This document shows, in pieces, positions 57,051-64,000 of a stretch of DNA of 64,000 bases (within the stretch, counting starts at the first letter, position 1; every line of letters starts with the position of its first letter). The position numbers and the translations under genes are program-made. The notes beneath the pieces were generated by a model. It had not been told where the DNA came from, made no database searches, and was given only the letters and a program-made list of their open reading frames with translations. Source of the stretch: the human T2T-CHM13v2.0 reference genome, Homo sapiens; assembly GCF_009914755.1 (NCBI RefSeq), contig NC_060926.1. The stretch is one strand, 5' to 3'.

Positions 57051-59257
57051 GAAAACTACCTAGGTGCAATGAATGAAGGCTCCAGTTTGTTCATATCCTT
57101 GACAATACTTACTATTTGTCTCTCTTTTTACTATAGCTATTTTAGTGGCTATGAAGTGTTATCTACTTATAATTTTATTTATATTTCTTTAATCATTAAT
57201 GATGTAAACCATTTACTCAATGTACTTATTGGCCTTTTCTAACCTTCTTTAGTGAAATATCTATTCTGCCCATTTTTAATTGGTTTGTCTCCTTACTAGT
57301 GAGTCATAACTGTTCTTTACGTATTCTAACTACAAGTCTTTTATCAGATACAATATTTGCAATTATTTTCTCCCAATTTTGGTTTATCTTGTCATTCTCT
57401 TAATGGTTTTCTGAAACAGAAAGTTGTGTGTGCTCATTTTAATTTTTGAAAATTACTTGATATATAACTGTTATACATATTTTTGGGGTACATTGATAAT
57501 TTGATATCTGTATATAATCTGTAATGATCAAATCAGGGTATAAGTGGGATATCCGTCACCTCAAACATCTATTTTTCTTCATGTTGAGAACATTACAATT
57601 CTCTTCTATTTAAAAATATATAATAAATTACTGTTAATTATAATTTCCCCACTGTACTACGGAATACTAGAACTTATTCCTTCTATATAACTTCTTCATG
57701 CCCCCCAACTCTGGTAACTACCATTCTACTCTCTATCTCCATGAGGTCAACTTTTTTGTCTCCCATATGAGTGAGAACATGCAATATTTGTCTTTCCATG
57801 CCTGGCTTATTTCAGTTAGCATAATGGCCTCCAGTTCCATCCAGGCTGCTGCAAATGACAGGGTTTCATTCTTTTTTTATGGTTGAATAATATCCCATTG
57901 TGTATACATACCACATTTTCTTTATCCATTCATCAGCTGACAGACACTTAGATTGATTCCATATCTTGGCTAATGTGAATAGTGTTGCAATAAACATGGG
58001 AGTACGATACCTCTTCAATATACTGAGTTCCTTTCTTTTGGATATATACTTAGCAGTGGGATTGCTGACTTATATGGCAGTTCTATTTTTAGTTTTTTTT
58101 AGGGAACCCATATAGAATTTTCCACAATGGCTATACTACCTTACCTTCCCACCAACAGTGTATGAGTGTTCACATTTCTCCACATTCTCTCCAGCATTTG
58201 TTATTTTTTACCTTTTTGATAAGTCATTCTAACTGTGGTGAAATGACATCTCATTGTGGTTTTAATTTTCATTTCTTTGATGATTAGTGATGCTTAGCAT
58301 TTCTTTAATATATCTAGTGGTTATCTGTATGTCTTCTTCTGAGAAATGTTTGTACAGGTCTTTTGACTATTTCTTAATCACAGTATTTGTGGGTTTTCTT
58401 TTGCTATTGAGCTGTTTCACTTCCTTATATGTTCTAGTTATTAATCCCTTTGTGATAGTTTGCAAATAATTTCTCCCATTCAGTAGGTTGCTTCTTCACT
58501 TTGTTGACTGTTTCCTTTGCTGTGCAGAAGCTTTTTAGCTTGATGTAATCCCATTTGTCTATTTTTGCTTTGTCTGTGCTTTTGAGGTCTTACCCCAAAA
58601 ATCTTTGCCCAGACCACTGATCGGCAGCATTTCCCCCAATGTTTTCTTTTAGCAGTTTTATAGTTTCAGGTCTTACATTTAAGTCTTTAATCCATTTTTA
58701 GTTAATTTTTATATATGGTAAAAAACGGGGATCTAGTTTCATTCTTCTGCAAATGGATATCCAGTTTTCCCAGCATCATTTATTAAAGAGGCTGTCCTTT
58801 CCCCAATGTGTGTTCTTGGCACCACTGTCAAAATGAGTTGACTCCACGTGTACAGATCTACTTCTGGGTTCTCTCTTCTGTTCCATTGGTCTATGTGTCT
58901 GTTTTTATGCCAGTATCATGCTGTTTTGGTTATAACAGCTTTGTAGTATACTTTGAAATCAGGTAGTGTGATGCCTTCAGCTTTGCTCGTTTTGCTAAGG
59001 ATTGCATTAGCTATTTGGGGTCTTTTGTTGTTTCATTTGAATTTTTAGTATTTTTTTTCTACTTCTATGAAGAATGTCATTGGTATTTTGATAGGTATTG
59101 CACTGAATCTGTAGATCACTTTGGGTAGTAAAGACATTTTAACAATATTAATCCTCCCAATCTATGAGCATGGAATATTATTCCAACTTTCCATCCTCTT
59201 TAATTTCTTTCACCAGTATTTTATAGTTTTCTTTGGAAAAATCTTTGACTTCTTTGA

Positions 59258-59401
59258 TTAAATTTATCCTGTGTGTGTGTGTGTGTGTGTGTGTGTTTGG
59301 TTAAATTTATTCTGTGCATGTCTCTGTGTGTGTGTGTGTGTGTGTATGTGTGTGTTTGGTTAAATTTATTCTGTGTGTATGGTGTGTATATGTGTGTGTG
59401 T
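59258..59401. repeat. Compound repeat: three ttaaatttat-(TG)n units
   Basis: Direct read. Confidence 0.9.
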
Positions 59402-59416
59402 AGCTATTATAAATGA

Positions 59417-59782
<366 letters not shown>

Positions 59783-60358
59783 TGATTTTGTATTCTGCAA
59801 CTTTACTGAATTCATTTATCACTTCTAAGAGTTTTTTGGTGGAGTCTTTAGGTTTTGAAAATATAAGATGGTGTTGTCTGTAAACAAGGATAATATGACT
59901 TCTTCTTTTCTAATTTGGATGCTCTTTATATATTTCTCTTGCCTAAATGCTCTGGCTAGGTCTATGTTGGATAGAAGTGGGAAAGTAGGCATACTTGTCT
60001 TGTTCTGTATCTTAGTAGAAAGGCTTTCAGTTTTTCCCCATTCAGTGTATTAGCTATGGGTTTGTCATATACAGACTTTATTGTGTTGAGGTATGTTCCT
60101 TCTCCACCCAATTTGTTGAGAGTTTTCATCATGAAGGGACACTGGATTTTACTGAATGCTTTTTCAGCATCTATTGAAATGATCATATGGTTTTTGTCCT
60201 TGATTCTGTTGATGTGATGTATCACATTTACTGATCTGCATAAGTTGAACCATCCTTGCATACTTGGGATGAATCTCACTTGAAACACAAAACTTTTAAT
60301 TTTAAAAAAATTTTTTGATTTTTAATTTAAAATATTTTTTAGACAAGATATCACTCTG

Positions 60359-61300
60359 GAGGGGAGGTGGTTCCAAGATGGCCAAATAGGAACAGCTCCA
60401 GTCTACAGCTCCCTGCGTGAGCGACACAGAACACGGGTGATTTCTGCATTTCCAACTGAGGTACTGGGTTCATCTCACTGGGGCTTGTCGGACAGTGGGT
60501 GCAGCCCACCAAGCGTGAGGTGAAGCAGGGCAAGGCATCGCCTCACCCAGGAAGCGCAAGGAGTCAAGGAATTCCCTTTCCTAGCCAAGGGAAGCTGTGA
60601 CAGATGGCACCTGGAAAATCGAGTCACTCCCACCCTAACACCGTGCTTTTCCAATGGTCTTAGCAAACGGCACACCAGGAGATTATATCCCACGCCTGGC
60701 TCGGAGGGTCCCACACCCACAGAGCCTTGCTCATTGGTAGCACAGCAGTCTGAGATCGAACTGCAAAGCGGCAGCAAGGCTGGGGTAGGGGCACCTGCCA
60801 TTGCTGAGGCTGGAGTAGGTAAACAAAGCAGCTGGGAAGCTCGAACTGGGTGGAGTCCACCGCAGCTCAAGGAGGCCTGCCTGCCTCTGTAGACTCCACC
60901 TCTGGGGGCAGGGCACAGCCAAACAAAAGACAGCAGAAACCTCTGCAGACTCAAATGTCCCTGTCTGACAGCTTTGAAGAGAGTAGTGGTTCTCCCAGTA
61001 TGGAGTTTGAGATCTGAGAACGGACAGACTGCCTCCTCAAGTGGGTCCCTGACCTCCGAGTAGCCTAACTGGGAGGCACCCCCCAGTAGGGGCAGACTGA
61101 CACCTCACACGGCCGGGTACCCCTCCAAGACGAAGCTTCCAGAGGAACAATCAGGCAGCAACATTTGCTGTTCAGCAATATTGGCTGTTCTGCAGCCTCT
61201 GCTGCTGATACCCAGGCAAACAGGGTCTGGAGTGGACCTCCAGCAAACTCCAACAGACCTGCAGCTAAGGGTCCTGACTGTTAAAAGGAAAACTAACAAA
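60359..61300. promoter_or_regulatory. L1 5'UTR bidirectional promoter region (sense + strand; antisense - strand)
   Basis: YY1 core CAAGATGGCC at 60374-60383 and an almost complete 5'UTR. Many CpGs appear decayed, so activity is uncertain. Confidence 0.6.
60475..60801 (-). CDS. L1 ORF0 (antisense 5'UTR ORF), open for 108 codons from ATG
   Basis: MAGAPTPALLPLCSSISDCCATNEQGSVGVGPSEPGVGYNLL...VGVTRFSRC resembles the primate L1 ORF0 peptide. ATG at 60801 is in strong context (GCAATGG). Expression is not demonstrated. Confidence 0.7.
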   Translation of the reverse strand: MAGAPTPALLPLCSSISDCCATNEQGSVGVGPSEPGVGYNLLVCRLLRPLEKHGVRVGVTRFSRCHLSQLPLARKGNSLTPCASWVRRCLALLHLTLGGLHPLSDKPQ

Positions 61301-61858
61301 AAGACAGTGTGGTGATTCCTCAAGGATCTAGAAGTAGAAACACCATTTGATTTGACCCAGCCATCCCATTACTGGGTAGATACCCAAAGGATTATAAATC
61401 ATGCTGCTATAAAGACACATGCACATGTATGTTTAATACAGCACTATTCACAATAGCAAAGACTTGGAACCAACCCAAATGTCCATCAATGATAGAATGG
61501 ATTAAGAAAATGTGGCACATATACACCATGGAATACTATGCAGCCATAAAAAAGGACCAGTTCATGTCCTTTGTAGGGACATGGATGAAGTTGGAAACCA
61601 TCATTCTCAGCAAACTATCGCAGGGACAGAAAACCATACACCGCATGTTCTCACTCATAGGTGGGAATTGAACAATGAGAACACTTGGACACGGGAAGGA
61701 GAACATCACACACCGGGGCCTGTCGTGGGGTGGGGGGAAGGGGGAGGGATAGCATTAGGATATACCTAATGTAAATGATGAGTTAAGTGGTGCAGCACAC
61801 CAACATGGCACGTGTATACATATGTAACAAACCTGCACATTGTGGACATGTACCCTAG

Positions 61859-62053
<195 letters not shown>

Positions 62054-63007
62054 TAGGCCCACACTCTGAGAATCACGAGAATCACTGTTCTAAAGCCTCA
62101 AAAACTCAAAAGAAATACCAAGCCCTTGAACTATGTGAAAGCTTAAGAGTTTTCCAGCTGCACAATACATAAATGTCTTTCATAGCATCTACTTTTCTGT
62201 TTTGTTTTAGCAAAGCCTATCATAACTGGCATCCTAAACATATTAATTAGCCCTTTCCATGAAGAAAAGAAAACTTGCAACTGACTTTAATATATTATGG
62301 AATAAATAAATTTATTTTCATTTATTTCAGCTTCAGATGGGCCTGAGCTATCACCTAGGAAGACTGGATGGAGTGTTCATACTAAAGAATATGGATTGCT
62401 GCGCCAGTGTTTTCATAATCATTGGTCAGCCCTATGGCTTTTGACATCCTACTTATGAAAAATATAAGAAACATGTCTACTTTACAAATTAATAAGATAA
62501 ATGGTGCACCATGGTAAAGATTATAGAGAACAAGCATATTATCTTAAAAATACATTTGATTTATCTTGGCATTTTTGTCTAATTTTATTAGTCATTTTCA
62601 CTTTAGAGCCATTTAAAATAATTCACATACCAATTCATCCCTTTCTTAGTTGAAAATCTATTGTACTTCAAATTAAGAGGAACCAAAGACGGCAGCTAAA
62701 GTTCAAATCTTGTCTAATACCATAATTAGCAACTGTGTGAAACATACTTCAACAAATGTAAAATATGTTTGATTCAGATCAAAGTAATATTAAGGTTATT
62801 CATTTCCAAGGTGAAACCCAAAATAATGCATGGTTTTTCCTTAGTGATTACCCACTTCCAAAAAGCAAATCCAAAGAGGAGGAGGCTTATATGAATGCTA
62901 TTTCTATAACCTAAGACATATATTCTGTGATTCTATGGAAAAACTGTTATAATAGGCAGAATCCAGTTAAAAGATAAAGAAAGTTTAAATTTGCAACAAG
63001 AATCCTT

Positions 63008-63044
63008 CTTTATATAACTCAAGTCAGTCTTGAGTTATATAAAG
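63008..63044. repeat. Perfect inverted repeat, 16-bp arms and 5-nt loop
   Basis: CTTTATATAACTCAAG-tcagt-CTTGAGTTATATAAAG. Confidence 0.95.
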
Positions 63045-64000
63045 CCCTAAGCAAGAAGCTTTCTTTACTGAAGAACTACCAAGTTTTTACTATAAAATAT
63101 TTTCAAATATTTATGTTCCAATTCATGGATCTTATTGATAACATAAAAGCCATTAGTCCTCATTGCCTTCTAATTGCTCAAGATGGATTTTACATATCTA
63201 CTAGTCTTCATAAATTATCTACTAGTCTTCACAAATTACCCTATAAGTTACAAGCCTGTTGGCCAATCCTTCATTCTCCCTTTTCCACGTGCCACTTAAA
63301 GCCACTTGAGAAAAAGCTTTCCAAAGTGATGCCAGAGGATGTAGCTTCATATCTGACCCACAAACTTTCAACACAGTCTGGTTCCCAAAAAAATGACTTT
63401 TAGGGCATTTTTTCATCCAAATTCTTTATGTTTTTTGCAATTCAAAAAGATTAGAGTCATTGGAGCTTCTTTCCCAAATTACACCAAATTAGACTATCAT
63501 CATCTCTGTGATGTAATCAGACCAGAGATTCAAGATAAAGATCAACATACGAGAAACAGAGGAAATAGTTTACTCAAAGCATACAGCCAATTATAATTTA
63601 ACCATAATATTAAAAGGTAATAATATGCAAAATAATAATAGTTTTTTAAGCCTTCCTTTTTCACCAATTTCCTTCCTTAAACAGGTAGCTATCAATTACT
63701 AGAAGGCAAAAACTTCTAACTTATCAAGTAAACACTTTTTCTGTCCTTTATTACTAATCAGTCCTCTAGACTTAGGACATTTAGATGGCTCGAGGGGGAA
63801 AAGGGAAGAGGAAGCGGCAAGGACCTTAAACAGGAGGTCTTACGCCTGGCCCTTTTAGATTTGATGGTCACCAGTGTGTACATATGTATGACATATGATC
63901 GTAACAGAAGCCCATCCTCAAAAATCTGCAATTTCCTCGTGAAGTCTTTAATAAAAACGAGGAGTAAGGATGGGAACACACCGCCAACCCTCATTATTAT

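Noticed and set aside
61281-61320. Spliced-L1 (SpIRE) origin for the mini-L1 junction
   Set aside because: The recalled consensus after the 5' breakpoint is CAGAAAGG, not GT, and the whole 5'UTR is retained.

Overview
AT-rich primate (human-like) genomic DNA lying inside long introns of a minus-strand gene I recognise as SRBD1 (Tex-family S1 RNA-binding protein). Only two short coding exons fall in the window: 47281-47372 (92 nt) and 36034-36116 (83 nt), both with canonical AG/GT boundaries and compatible phases. The rest is intronic: about 15 Alu/FLAM/FAM copies, old L1M, L2 and MIR fragments, a near-full-length Tigger1, MER2 and MER5 DNA-transposon fossils, and microsatellites. Most other listed ORFs are chance or repeat-derived. 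The most notable structure is a 1.5-kb internally deleted L1PA4-like element (60359-61887) with an intact 5'UTR and a target-site duplication (TSD). Its antisense ORF0 is open, runs in the SRBD1 direction, and has a GT donor exactly in phase with the next SRBD1 exon. That fusion is a hypothesis, not an observed transcript. Also present are a multi-level nested insertion, several locally templated duplications, cryptic-exon candidates and a CTCF-like motif. Repeat subfamily calls and gene identity come from remembered consensus sequences, not from a search.
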